Part shown: piece by piece, positions 27,501 through 39,573 of the stretch | Layout: the number at the start of each line of letters is the position of its first letter | How positions within the stretch are numbered: the stretch's first letter is position 1 | Source: Bigelowiella natans CCMP2755 | Lineage: Eukaryota > Protista > Cercozoa | Direction of reading: 5' to 3' | NCBI GenBank assembly: GCA_000320545.1 | Contig: ADNK01001278.1 | Location: 108,181 to 172,180, forward strand | DNA: 64,000 nt | Translations under genes and position numbers: made by a program | Notes under the pieces: generated by a model | The model's database searches: none | The model's input: the letters and a program-made list of their open reading frames with translations, nothing else | Told to the model about the DNA's origin: nothing

Positions 27501-28632
27501 TTGGCGTGGCGACTCTCTCTGAGTCAGTTGCAGAGGTTCTTGTCGAGGCGATACCAGCACAGTCACCTTCGGGAGGAGGAGGAGGGGGGGCAGCCAGTGC
27601 AAAGGAACATCTACAACGACTGCTTAAGATCAAGGACAGCGAAGAGTTTGCCAAAGGGTTTGCTGCTCTTTTTTGGAATAATTGATGATGATGATGATGA
27701 TGATGATGATGACGACGACAACGACGACGATGATGATATGATGATGGTGATGATGATGACGACGAGAGTAGCAAAAAGGATATTGCTAAAGCTGACCTTT
27801 CCGTTGTTTAGGTGTGTGCGCCTCTGGGAGGCCGAGACTGCGAGCCGTGCCCGCGACAGCAACATACTGATGACAGACTCCTCATCGTCGTCGTCGTCGT
27901 CGTCGTCCAAATTCTTCTCCGAATGGGCGGCGCTCCCCAGCGCAAAACGCGTGCATAATGCTTTAAAATCCCTTGAGATTCACCTCTGCTCACGGATAAA
28001 GACTCAGCTAAAGCCTAAGAATAGCTGGAAAGTATGGGTTGAAGGAAGCAGCGGGGGTAGACGTAGCGAATGCGTGGATCTGTTTGTCGAGGATGATCGA
28101 AAGGCGTACGTTCTTAATAGCTCGTCAACATCAGCATCATCACCATGTAGTAGTAAGATCAGCTTGGAAACTCTCGTGGCGGTTGTGGTACAAAGAGTAC
28201 TTAACCGAGCCATCAAGGTAGTAATAGTGCGTGCTATGTTAGCAGTAGTCTGTAGGAGGAAGAGGAGGAAGAGGAGGAGTACATTGATCTTACTATCATA
28301 TATCATTACTACCATCTCATCAGGAAGCACCACGACTAGCCAAATGGTCAGGTATTCGTATGATGCTGGAATTAAATCATCATCATCATGATAGTAGCAG
28401 CAGCAGCAAGGAAATGGTGAAGGACGTCATCGCTCACGGGCTAGATCTCATGCAGGTCCAGACTATCGACAAAGCAAATGTGCTCAGAGGACAGCCAGGC
28501 CAGATTCTCACCGCGGAAGACGAAAATCTCATCAAGGTTGTTATCTATCTTGTGCATGCACCTTGCCTTTTTCCATCTCTTTTTGGTGAAGTCGTCGTTT
28601 AATGTGGGGGAAGGGCCTATTCTCTCGTGTGT

Positions 28633-28675
<43 letters not shown>

Positions 28676-28784
28676 GACATGTGGACAAATCGTCCTTTAT
28701 TATATTTACTAATCTTTTTTCTCATCCAATCTTCTTGTCGACGGACCTACACGGACCTACACGCACTTAGACACACACACACAC

Positions 28785-28819
<35 letters not shown>

Positions 28820-29818
28820 ATATTAAGTATACTTATATAATATGGATAACCCTATCAGTTGGAGCCGCTGCGCTCGTTTGCAAAGAATGAGGTAGTTGCG
28901 ATCGAGAGTTGGGAAGAGGGGGGAGGAGATGAAGCAGAACACAAAGGAGGAATGGAGCAAGAAGATGAGAAGCAGCAAAAGAGGGAAAGCTCGCCTAAGC
29001 GACGACAGCGGCGGAAAGTGTATCGATATGCAATTGTGGAGGCACAAGAAAAGGACTCGCTAGATGCCCTTAGCACTCTGACGTTGATTACTGCCCTTCC
29101 AGGTAGCAGTAACAATACCAGCAGTCGCAGCAGCAGTAGCAGTGCTTGGAATCAGAAGCAGCAGCAGCAGCAGCAGCCACGGAGTAATATCCAAAAGCAT
29201 CTATCATCGCAGGTGTACGCCTTCCGCTCCGAGCTGCTCGACAGCAGATCTTTACACAGTAGTGGCAGTAGTAGTAGCAGTAGCAACGAAAACAGACGAG
29301 TCTTCCCCTCCCCATTCCACGTTGACAGTAAGAGCCTTGGCATCATCGGTAGTGGCAGTAGGATATCACCGGCACACTCCAGCAAAGATGACAATAAAAG
29401 AGGGGAAGCAGCAGCGACGGCAGGAGGAGGACGACGAGGAGACTCAGCAGGATCAAATGTCATAGAGGCTGTCTCCTCTCTGCTCTCCCGTGTCAACCTA
29501 CCCATTTCCCTCTCGCAGCGAGCGTTAATGGAGAGCAACATGCGTCTCCAGGCTGACATGAAGGAGATGCAACAACAGATGGCAGCAGTCTGTGACGCTC
29601 GCGACGTGCTGAATGCACGGTTGAAGAAGATCGAGGATAGCTACATCTGCCACATCTGCGAGAGCAACAAAGTCGACTCGGTCCTGGTGCCGTGCGGTCA
29701 TCTCATTTGCTCTACCTGCAAGAGGTGCTTGAGGAAGAGAGAGTGTCCATTCTGTCGAAACGCCTTTCGCTCCTCGGCAAAATATTTCTCACCGTTAGAA
29801 GATGGTAGCTTATCGTAG
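2926..29818 (+). CDS. Sacsin-like protein (plant-type: three sacsin repeat regions, C-terminal C3HC4 RING), many introns
   Basis: ATG at 2926 gives MDDLADLAEEFGQRESLTSRLRNILSLYPEGPG. Repeat 1 has LFELIQNADDA, GRFGLGFNATYH, TLFRFPLR and FCFLPLP...HVNGYFELSANRR. Repeat 2 has FGQRENLTQRLKNIL, FEFVQNADDA and GRFGLGFNSCYH. Repeat 3 is degenerate (FQGPAIL, TILRIPLR, FCTLP). The last exon 28859-29818 ends with the RING CHICESNKVDSVLVPCGHLICSTCKRCLRKRECPFCR. No J or HEPN domain was seen. Confidence 0.92.
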
Positions 29819-30749
29819 AAGGCATTATTGAGGGCATTACGTCCTGAAGAATAGGGAGCCTGCCTTCGATTCAGCAACAATTCCGTGTCCTTGCTGCACT
29901 GCAAATAGATGTTACGTCTTACGTATGATTTACATAACACATATCACTGCCGTCCATGGTATACCCTTTTTCTTTAACTGTGTGCCAACAAATGCGTGCA
30001 TGCACATATGCCCTGCAAATGCCACACGAGACTGAGATTGCTGTAGTAGTAACCTAGCTTGTGCGCGATGTTGCTGAACATACGCGTGCATGACCTAAAT
30101 CTACTCATTCGTATGTGACATTCGCTAGCGTAGACAAGACTAGGACATTGTACGAGCGCTTTTGCACTTATTCGTGCGTAGGAATCCAGTGCGCGTGCAG
30201 CCATATTGATTTACAAGAGCTGTCTATAAAGGTACGTACAGTATCTCAGATATTCTCAACTGTTATGGGCAGTATTTTTGCGTCGCAGCAATGTCACAAA
30301 ACGCTCACATTGCATGCCACATTGTGTTATTTCTTTAGTCGTCGCATAGTTTGATGTTTATAACTGCTGCAGTATTTAAGCGCTGCAGCCGGGGCATTGT
30401 ACATAGCTACAGTAGATCATGACGACTGATTCATTAACTCCGTCTCATAACTACAGCACGTGCTGTGTGTGTGCGTGTGCTTGCTCTATTTTTTGCAACA
30501 AGCTACATGCAAGCGGAATCAATTGATTTGTGTGGCGCCTATGCTAGAATGTGAATCTTGTACAACTCATCATCTACAACCGAGAGCGCGCATATTTGTG
30601 CGTATCATATAAATCTAACCAATAGTAACAATGATAACAAATATTGCTGTTGAGAGAACAATCACAATGATGCCATGCATAATCTAACTCACCAACTAAT
30701 CGACACAATGACAATCCCAAAGGAACTTTAAAATAAGTACTGTACTGAC

Positions 30750-31165
30750 TTAGATTTCTCTCTTGGAGAAGAATATTCCGTCTGCTGCCTTCCAAAAAGA
30801 GTCGGCCGATTTAACATACTGGCAGTTTTGAAGCCCACAGACTTCGAGCTGAAACATTTACACAAAGAGAAGGAGCAACTTTTTTAGATGATAATATGAG
30901 AGGTGTTACGCATGCTGGGATATTTGTTGTCATTACCTGGCCTATAATCGGGCATCCTCGGCAGTTTTGATTCGTGAAGGAAATGTCCTTTTGTGCATGG
31001 AGACATCCACCAGTGTCCGGGTGCAAGAATTTAACCTTCGAATCTCTTTGCCAGTACCCACTATGTGACTCGCATTCTACTTTCCAGTTGTCACCTGATG
31101 ACGAGAATGAAGTGAGAAACGCAGCGCGTACAAAACAATCAATATATGATTCACACATACACACA

Positions 31166-31196
<31 letters not shown>

Positions 31197-32240
31197 AGAG
31201 AGAGATTTCATCGTTATCGACGTACACTCGGATGATATGTGCGCCATGTGCGTGTGCATACTCACACACCCGTATCGGAGTGATTTTCGTTGGAGTTTCC
31301 GTATCCGCTAATCTCGAATCGATGCGAAACTGGTGACTAACAAGTGTCATGTTTGAATGCAGGATACAAACAATCAGAGAAAGAATACTGGGGTTTAGGA
31401 AGGAGGTGACGAAGCAAGTACTCACCGCATGTCTGTGGCTGTGTAAGAACTTCTTCGTGTTGTGATGAATGAGGCGTACAGTACTCCCACACTTTATCGG
31501 TGTTCCTGCAAGCAAGTGGGGAGACAGGGAAAAGAACGAATCTAGCCTCAATCGATATGATGATGTGAACACGAAGAGAAAGAGAGTACTCGTTGCAGAG
31601 TCATGGCCATCGTTCCCACTCACATCATCCCATCATTACCTTGAGGGCAAATGGGTTGTCCATGTGGCGAAGCAACCGTCCAAAGACTGTTCGTGTCATC
31701 CGAGCTAAGTGACCGAATAATAAACATTTAGGGACACAGGTGAACCCCCCCCCCCCCCCCCCCCCTTCCACTTTGCCCTCTGTCCCTCTCTGCCTGTAAA
31801 CGAATAATTCAATTTAGGACAGGTGTTACCTTTTCATTGCTGTAACAGACTGCTGCCCACTTCCAGAACCCCAATTAATGTCATGTGAATGGAGGTGAAA
31901 TCCAGTCTGCGTGATCACATATTGAAGAGATGGAGGATGGTAGAAGAGAACAGTAAGGAATATTCTCTAATTCCCTTAACAATATATAAAACTATCTGCC
32001 TTATGTTTGAGCTTCAAGGTACTTCCGCATGTTACAAGGGAGAAATCATCTGAAAACAGCAACACATCAATTTCAACTGGCGGTACATGTGTGACGGTCT
32101 TGTTTTTCCTCTCGATATTGAACATTAGGTCATTTGTGGAAGTTATGGTTTTTTATGGGACTACCGTCATCGTACTCGTCAGCTCTGACCACAGCAGCTA
32201 TTGTGGCGACGGCGAAAAGGACAACTCTTCTCGATCTCAT
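30750..32240 (-). CDS. SDF2: Stromal cell-derived factor 2-like (MIR-domain ER protein)
   Basis: Exons encode VTCGSTLKLKHK, TGFHLHSHDINWGSGSGQQSVTAMK, SDDTNSLWTV, IKCGSTVRLIHHNTKKFLHSH, GDNWKVEC, KVKFLHPDTGGCLH and LEVCG...FWKAADGIFF, with a stop at 30750-30752. A signal-peptide-like stretch VVLFAVATIAAVVRA lies near 32170-32225. The start codon was not located. Confidence 0.88.
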
Positions 32241-32954
32241 CTCTGAAGTGTACGGTATTTGTTATCGCTGAAATTCGTTCGTATTCGTCCTACCCACTCG
32301 GGGTATCAGTTTGAACTCTCAAATAAGAAAAGGAAATCATCATGCGAACATCCCTACGACCAACATCCCAAAGCTTACTTGCCCCTACTGTCACCCCCCT
32401 TTAGTACCAATAAACTAAATCAATGTCTTCGTGGCGAGTGGTTCAGGCCAACAACTTTCAGACCAAATAGATAGCCTACGACTCGTATCTTTCTGCAAAC
32501 AGCCCAATAATTAACTAGGAATGTACAAAACCTAAGACGTATCAAATATAATGTAGGCTAAATTGCATTGTTTAAAATTAAATTGACCACTTTTGAGGTC
32601 TGATCGCCTGGGGAGTCAGTGCTGACGTTGCTTTCGGAGGCCAGACAGCTGCGGAACCCAAAATCTATCTATTTCTTTGTACGACAGCTAAATTTTGATG
32701 TCGTACGTGCATATTAGATCATATACCTGTGGAATTGTTGATTTCGTTGTCGCAGAATGTGAAAAGTTGGGACATCATATTCGCATGAAGTTAGCGGCGA
32801 GAGTTGGGTTTTGGGCATCCAATGAGCGAGGAGTATCACAGTTTTCTAGGTCTATTCTGGTATGTAATATTGCCGAGTTGTCAATTTGCAGAAATAAATG
32901 ACAACAATTATAACTACTCAAACACAGCCACGAGTCCTTCAGTGCGCGCAGGCC

Positions 32955-34159
32955 ATGTCCGACCGACGGGCAGACTTTAGTTCTGCGGCGAAGATCGCAT
33001 CTGCCTTTGCAGCTGGAGCCTTTAGCATGTATCTGCTTCTTACCAAAGGATCTAAGTCAAAGGTTCTTTCTTCGGTACCGGGAGGGCCTGGGAAGGAAAT
33101 GAGAGACCAACTGCTTCCTTTTTCCCTGTTTTCAGTGAACACTTGTGTGTGTGCGTGAGTGTGTACGTGTGTGTGTGTCTGCATTTCTCCTGATCAGGAA
33201 AGCCCCCCTGGCAAAGACAGCAAGGTGGATGTAGGTGCGGCAGACGGAGGCTCGAATCTTAGCTACCAAGACTGGATTAAAGCTTGTCAACAGAAACGAA
33301 CCACTGCGCACACAGAACGCTTATCTTCCAACAACATTAGCAGCAATAAACCTCCGCCCTTCGATTCGGATACATTGTTCTTCCCGATGGTAGAGAGCTA
33401 TGCCACTGCGCAGACCACAGCTGCAACAGTCGATGTGGAAAGGGTGGTGGAGGAAACGGAGAAAACAGGGATGTTTGCTCCGTGTATGGTTGGACAGCTT
33501 GAAGGTCAATTCCTCAAGATGGCTGCCAAGCTCTTCTCCGCGAAAAACATTCTAGACGTGGGGACGTTCACGGGTTACTCAGCAATGTCCTTTGCCGAAG
33601 GGCTGCCGAGCGACGGCACAGTCGTCACGATTGAAAACGATAGGAAGACCGCCCAAGTTGCGAGTGAGCTGTTTAAAAAAAGCAAACAGGCCAAAAAGAT
33701 ATCTCTCCTTATTGGTAGCGCGACCGATCATATGCAGAAATTCATGGACGAAGGACGTCAATTCGATATTATCTTTCTCGATGCGGATAAGGAAAATTAT
33801 GTCAGTGTACAAGTCTGCATATGCTATAGTCCTTGTCTTTACTTTATTTGATAATTTTTATAAATCATTTCGTTCCATATGATTGATTTTTCATTTCGTT
33901 GCAAATAATTCATTTTCATATTCCCCCCCCCCCGAACATCTCGCAGAAAGTATACTATGACCTGGCGATGAAGGGTCTTCTTCGAAAAGGAGGTATGATA
34001 ATGGCTGATAACACCCTTTGTTCTCTAGTATACCGAGAGGGAGACATGAGGAGGCAAAAGTTACACGAATTCAACGAGTATGTTAGAAATGATCCTCGTG
34101 TCGAGCAAGTGGTCCTAACCGTCAGAGAAGGCATCAGTATAATTCGGGCCTTAGATTAA
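32955..34159 (+). CDS. Class I SAM-dependent O-methyltransferase (CCoAOMT/Methyltransf_3 family) with N-terminal hydrophobic anchor
   Basis: ATG at 32955 (MSDRRADF...AFAAGAFSMYLLL). Motifs MVGQLEGQFLKM, ILDVGTFTGYSA, FDIIFLDADKENY, GGMIMADNTL and DPRVEQVVLTVREGISIIR follow, with two GT-AG introns and a stop at 34159. Confidence 0.9.
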
Positions 34160-34299
34160 AAAAATATGTGGCAGAGCTGATTTCTCGAGAATCATTAAGA
34201 TTCAATTTAAGTTGATGAATCATTCACAACTATGATGAAGTACGCATCATTTATTATGCACACGCATACAGTGCGCAGACTATATCTGTAAACATGCGC

Positions 34300-35600
34300 C
34301 ATCGTGTAGCCATTTTTGGAGCTAAATTTCTGTGGGCAAGGTCATGAACGCTGCAAGGCCTCCTTCCCATCACATCAGAACTGCTTCGAAGCTGATATTC
34401 GTACTGCCATGCGCGCATCAATATATACGTGCAATCTTTCTACTCAAGACTACAAATGTGTGGCGTTTTCTCGCAAGCTTTCTCGATCAAGAAAGCACTG
34501 AAATCCAGCTAGCCAGATGTGCAACCATTGATCTTGGGGGCGTAGTGACATGAACCTGACGATCATGCATCTTGAGACGAATGCGGCGCTACGGGGGGGC
34601 GTGTGAAGCGTCATGTGCACGCTTGTGCACAAGCACAAAGCATGATGTGATGCAATGACATCACCATGTTGTGCTGCACGACCATGCTGGCATGTGCAGC
34701 GCAAGACGACCCATTCTAGCATTGTGTCTGGCCATGCTAGCATGTGCAGTCAGAAGCCATCATTGTTGGGGACAGCTCTAGAGCTAGATGCAGCTATGGC
34801 CAAAGTTGGAACAGTGTGGGCAAACACAGTGTGCCAGTGCGTGCACTGGGCGACCCTGCTTGTCAGCAGCAGCAGCATGTGCTGTGTGATCATTGCGACT
34901 TGCTGGCTTGCACACACGTCTAGACGTGCGTAGCCTGTTTGTCACATTGTGCTGCATTGCGCTGCACGAACGTCTAGCTGTTCCATGCAGCCTGCGACGC
35001 TGCGTTGCGATGCGATCACGCCCAGAGCTCCATGTGAAGTGTGTTCATCGCATCTCTGTCTTCTTGGCTTCCTTAACCCTTGTTAGCTTGTTGGTCGCAG
35101 GCTGGATGATGCTCGTGTTGTGCAACTGCTGCGCACATGTCCATCTGTGAAACAAATCACACAGCATGGGATTGCAGCGGTCACACATGGCAGATATGAC
35201 GAGGCGCCCGCGCGCGCGCGCGCACACACACACACACACGCACGCACACGCACTTTCTTGATCGAGTGCTGCGCACACATAATTGCGTGCTTGTCGGAGT
35301 CATGCATGATCACAGCATCCAGCTAAGCCGCCGTGTGCTCTGGGTGCCACTGTCACCGAAATGCGATGCACAGTGCGCGATTGTGCCATGAGTTCATGCC
35401 TAGCATGACATTGTTGCACACCATCATGGCTTGCAGCAAGCCAAGCCACGACGAGAAAATTGTTCACCCCATTTGCGTTCATATTTCTTTCCATTGCTTT
35501 CCACCCTGCAACTTTCAATCAGTGCGCATGAGCGACAACATTTGGTGTGCCTCAAGACCTCATGCACATGATTCCATTTTGACAATAGAGTGTCTATTGT
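34300..35600. other. Decayed repeat-like intergenic block rich in CATG/TGCA/CTAG
   Basis: No recognisable protein homology. CATG, TGCA, GTGCAC and CTAG are visibly dense, and a degenerate internal repeat ccatgct(g/a)gcatgtgcag occurs at 34682 and 34732. Similar blocks lie at ~29960-30560, 40100-40870, 42780-43750 and 53900-54400. Confidence 0.45.
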
Positions 35601-35799
35601 TTTGTTCTTCAGATTTCAACAAATTCGTCCCTGAGCATTGGTTCGTTGTTGTTTTCTGCGTTCCGCTTCCTTCTCCTTCCTTTCACTATCTGCTTTTGTT
35701 GATCGCCATTGTCAGATCTCTGCATCGATGCGACCGGGTTGTTCAGATGTTGCGTGCTCTTCTTTGCGGTGTTCCGAAAGACAATTCTTACATTCCTAA

Positions 35800-36952
35800 C
35801 GATCATGGCAAAGCCGGGTAGGTGACGACAAGGAAGCAGTTGTTTAAATTGTGAACATGTTGGAATATGGAAGTAGTACCTGTTGTTGTGTGTGATGACA
35901 ACAACAGATTCTATTGCAAACCCTCTATGCCACAATTACGTGTGGGTCGGTCGGTCAACATCACCTGGCCTCAAGACGGAGAGCAGTGAGGTTGCGATGC
36001 TTGGGGGGGGAGGAGAAGTTGGCAAACCCCACTTGTAGTTGAACTATCTCCCCTACTCGTAGAGCCTTAAAAGACACAACAGTAGGTAGGTCAATCAAGC
36101 AACCAAATGGCACACCACCCAGAATCGAACTTCCAAAATGAAGAGAAATGAACTCTTCAAAAGAAGGGGGATCATCTTTATTTCCTTACTTTAAACTTTC
36201 CTCTAAGCTGCGAACGGTGGCAGAAGACTTCGCGGTTTACATGGTGGACAATAACCTTCACAAGAGATGAATTTAGATTGCCTATCCAAAGGCGCATTGG
36301 ATTCATAGATGAAAACTTTGTTTTCCACATTCGCGTACACACTTGAAAACATCTTACGAATGTATTTATTCGTTGACATTTGTATAAAGTTCAGCCTATC
36401 ATCATCTGCATTGCCGTCCGTAACTGTACCATCGTCGTATTTCATGCTACACACCAACCCGCATAAGATATACTACTATAGTCAGTGCCACACATTGAAG
36501 CATAGCCATACCTTTCCCCAGTGCTTTCGGTAGTTCCAATATGCACAGGTTGCTTGGTATTCTCTGCCTTCCTCAGGAAATTCAGCAGCTGCTCCTAGTT
36601 CCAACTGGCGTTCGTCGTCACTATTGTCGCACTCATTATTTCCGCCACATGCTCTTCTCCCTGCAGGGAGTTCGCTACTCGTTGCATGGATTTCGTCCTC
36701 CAAAGTTCCTTCACCATCCGCGGCGAGGTCATCGCCGTTCTGGTGCATCAGCTTCACGTCGTGTGCTGAAAACCGCTGCCGAGGGGATTGGGAAGATCTT
36801 CCTGGTCCCCTCCCACGATGATGATAGGTTGGTGCTGCTGCCTCTTCTGCTTTCGACGAAGAAGCAGACATCACTGTACCTTCAACCAGCATCCCTTCGT
36901 TCAATCTTTTTAGGAAAGCAACGGTTGAGTTTGTAAGCAGTAGCACGACCAT

Positions 36953-36985
<33 letters not shown>

Positions 36986-39080
36986 GTCTACCAATTGATG
37001 CTACTGCTGCATTGGTTTCTACCTTCGTTGGTGGATCGATGGATCCAGCGCAGAATGATGCACGAATATCAAAGTGGAGGAGGAGTTGTTATTCTTTGCC
37101 AAAGTCCTTTTGTTACTTCTGCTTCCATCATTCGAGTCAAGAGGAACAAGAGGCGCAAGCTTTCCCCAACCCCCCTAAAAGTAAAGAAGAGTAGAAAAAC
37201 AGTAAGTTGGTCCGTCACCACCTCACCCACATTATTATCATCATCGTCATCATTATCATCATTACCATCATTAGCATACCCATAACACGAAAGGAGGGCG
37301 ATCATAAACATCATCTCACCTCCGGGTTCCAATATGTGCAACGCATCTTGCAGGAGAAGGTGGAGAAGGAGGAGGAGGAGGAGGAGGAGGAGGAGGAATA
37401 GATGACAGGACTTCGAGAATGATGATAATATGAGGTGTTTGCAGACGTTCCAGCACTGGTGGTGCGGTTATTTGTCGCTGCTATTGGAGTTGTTCCCAAT
37501 GCATTATGATGATGATGATGATGATGACGATGATGACGAAGATAGACCAAACCAGCTGTCGAGTTGCATGTCCCATCAATTCCAATCTTATCGATCATTC
37601 TACGACAGAGGAAGACACGCGAAGGGGAGAGGGATGTAAGGTGCAAAGAATAATTAAATCGTAATTATTGTGAGAGGAGGCATGTATATCAGTGCGTATG
37701 TCTGTGAATCTGAAGTGTGTACACGAGAAGGCGCAAGATGGTAATGATTTGTCTTACGATGGCTGTTTCAAAAAGCTCGCAGCTCCCCCGTACTCTGATT
37801 TCAGCCTGATAAAGAGGCTATATGTGAAATGAGCATGGTTTCTTGCACGTGTATATATGTAGTATACGTTGGTGATGGTTGTGATGATGGTGATGATGAT
37901 GACGATGATGATGATGATCAGCATCATCATCTACTACCAACGAGACAGCAATATCGGGATCCCTCCTGGCAGATAAATTGGAAGGGGAGATTCATTTAGT
38001 CGAGCGAGGTTGAACGGAAAAGGAAGGAATAAGATATATGGATGTAATGACACCAGCTGTGATGTTGATCCGGAGGAGTTCTGCATCAGAGAACAGCTTT
38101 CCAATGCGCACGGAACCATTGTTTCTGATGCGTACGTAAAGAATGTAGATTGGACGGAAAACAACAACGACAACTAAATCAAACAAGCAGCTCTGATGGC
38201 ATTTTGCCTAATTTCGGGGCACATAACGTACGCATTCCTGCCGCCTTTTTCTGCAGTGTACATGCACCATCTACTATCTCCAAGTACTTTTCGATAACTC
38301 TGAAAATGGTGCGATTGACTATGTGAGCCAGTGCGTCTTTGCTCTGATCCACGACCTGTGATGATGACGATGATGACGATGATGACGATGATGACGATGA
38401 TGACGATAATGACGATGATGATGATGATAATGATGACCAAGTGCAATATAAATACGTCGCCTGCAATCACATTTTGATTTCTTAGCGTCATACACAGTAG
38501 GCGAATCTTGTTATAATGATAACATCAACCTTAATAGCATTATTATCATATCATCACTCTATCCATTTACCCGCGACAATCTTTGCGCGTCTTTCCGCCG
38601 CTCAGAGTTGATCTCCTCCGTGCTAGCTCGACGCTTCGTCCCCACATTCTGTATTTTCGTGTTTGATATCTGCTGTCGCAACAGAGGGGTCATGGAGTGT
38701 TGTTGTTGCTGCTGCTGCGGGTTTTTGTGTGAAGGCTGTTTAGCTCTTGAGGAGTAGAAAGAAGTTGGAAGTCCCAGCTGCTCCATGTTCTTCAGCATCT
38801 GATCATCTTCTTCACTGCCGTCAAAGTCCTCCATGAAACTCTGTAGAGGGTCTGGTCTGTGTTTATCTTTCCCCCCTTCTTTCTTTCCTGTTTGTCCCTC
38901 CGTCTTTTCTTCTGCATTAACATCTTTCTCGTCACCTTCAAGCCTTTCGTGCCGGTTCAAATCAGCGCTCCCTCCTTCGAAACCAATGCAATTCATGATC
39001 GAGGAGCCGCATCTTCTTTCATTCAATCTAGCGTCTTCATAATGTTCATTGGTAAGCCAACCCCGAGACGAAGAAGCCAA
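35800..39080 (-). CDS. Putative RNA-binding protein with two cold-shock (OB-fold)-like domains; ends uncertain
   Basis: Phase-compatible splicing gives CSD1 as MRCTYWNPE|GGWGKLAP..LIFVHHSALDPSIHQR|RLNEGMLVEGTV..FSAHDVKL. CSD2 reads YQATCAYWNYRKHWGK|MFSS..NKVFIYESN..SCE|GEIVQLQV. A large acidic N-terminal exon 38571-39080 contains LKNMEQLGLPTSF. The middle exons, start and stop are not resolved. Confidence 0.6.
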
Positions 39081-39510
39081 CTGTTGCAGCTGTTAGTTTC
39101 GAAGTAATATGGAAAGTCAGCAGGGCCTGATCAAGGCATCACATGTACATCATTTAACTATATTTAAGAGAACCCGTCTCAAAGCGACATCCTTGCACAC
39201 ATATCGAGCCCCGTTCATCCTTTCAATGCCATTAGACTTTCTGGCATGTCGAAGTGTCTCATCCTGTCCACCCCTGGGGCTACAACCGAAACTGCAGTGC
39301 CGTGGGGGAGGGGCGTAGAGTGAGAACAGAACGGTTACGAACAGAACGGAAATCCTCAGATGCAAGGATGATCTCCTGCCCAAGAAGCATCCGTTCATAC
39401 GGAGGATCGAATCGGACTACACGCACTGTTAGGGTTTCGCGAACGTGACGGATGGTCCCGCTGCTCCCCTCGCCATCGCTCCGACGACGGCTCGGATGTG
39501 CAAATCTCGA

Positions 39511-39573
39511 GAAATCAGGAAATCCTAGGAAATCCTAGGAAATCCTAGGAAATCCTGGGAAATCCAGGAAATC
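39511..39573. repeat. 10-bp tandem repeat (GGAAATCCTA-like, about 6 copies)
   Basis: Seen directly: gaaatcaggaaatcctaggaaatcctaggaaatcctaggaaatcctgggaaatccaggaaatc. Confidence 0.95.

Noticed and set aside
7171-29559. Numerous antisense and alternative-frame ORFs overlapping sacsin (e.g. 7565-8023, 17362-17811, 23806-24369)
   Set aside because: They are low-complexity shadows of the sense CDS and of trinucleotide repeats, with no independent motifs.
32605-32616. cgcctggggagt matches a conserved bacterial 16S rRNA segment
   Set aside because: Only 12 nt, with non-matching flanks and no snoRNA boxes around its complement.
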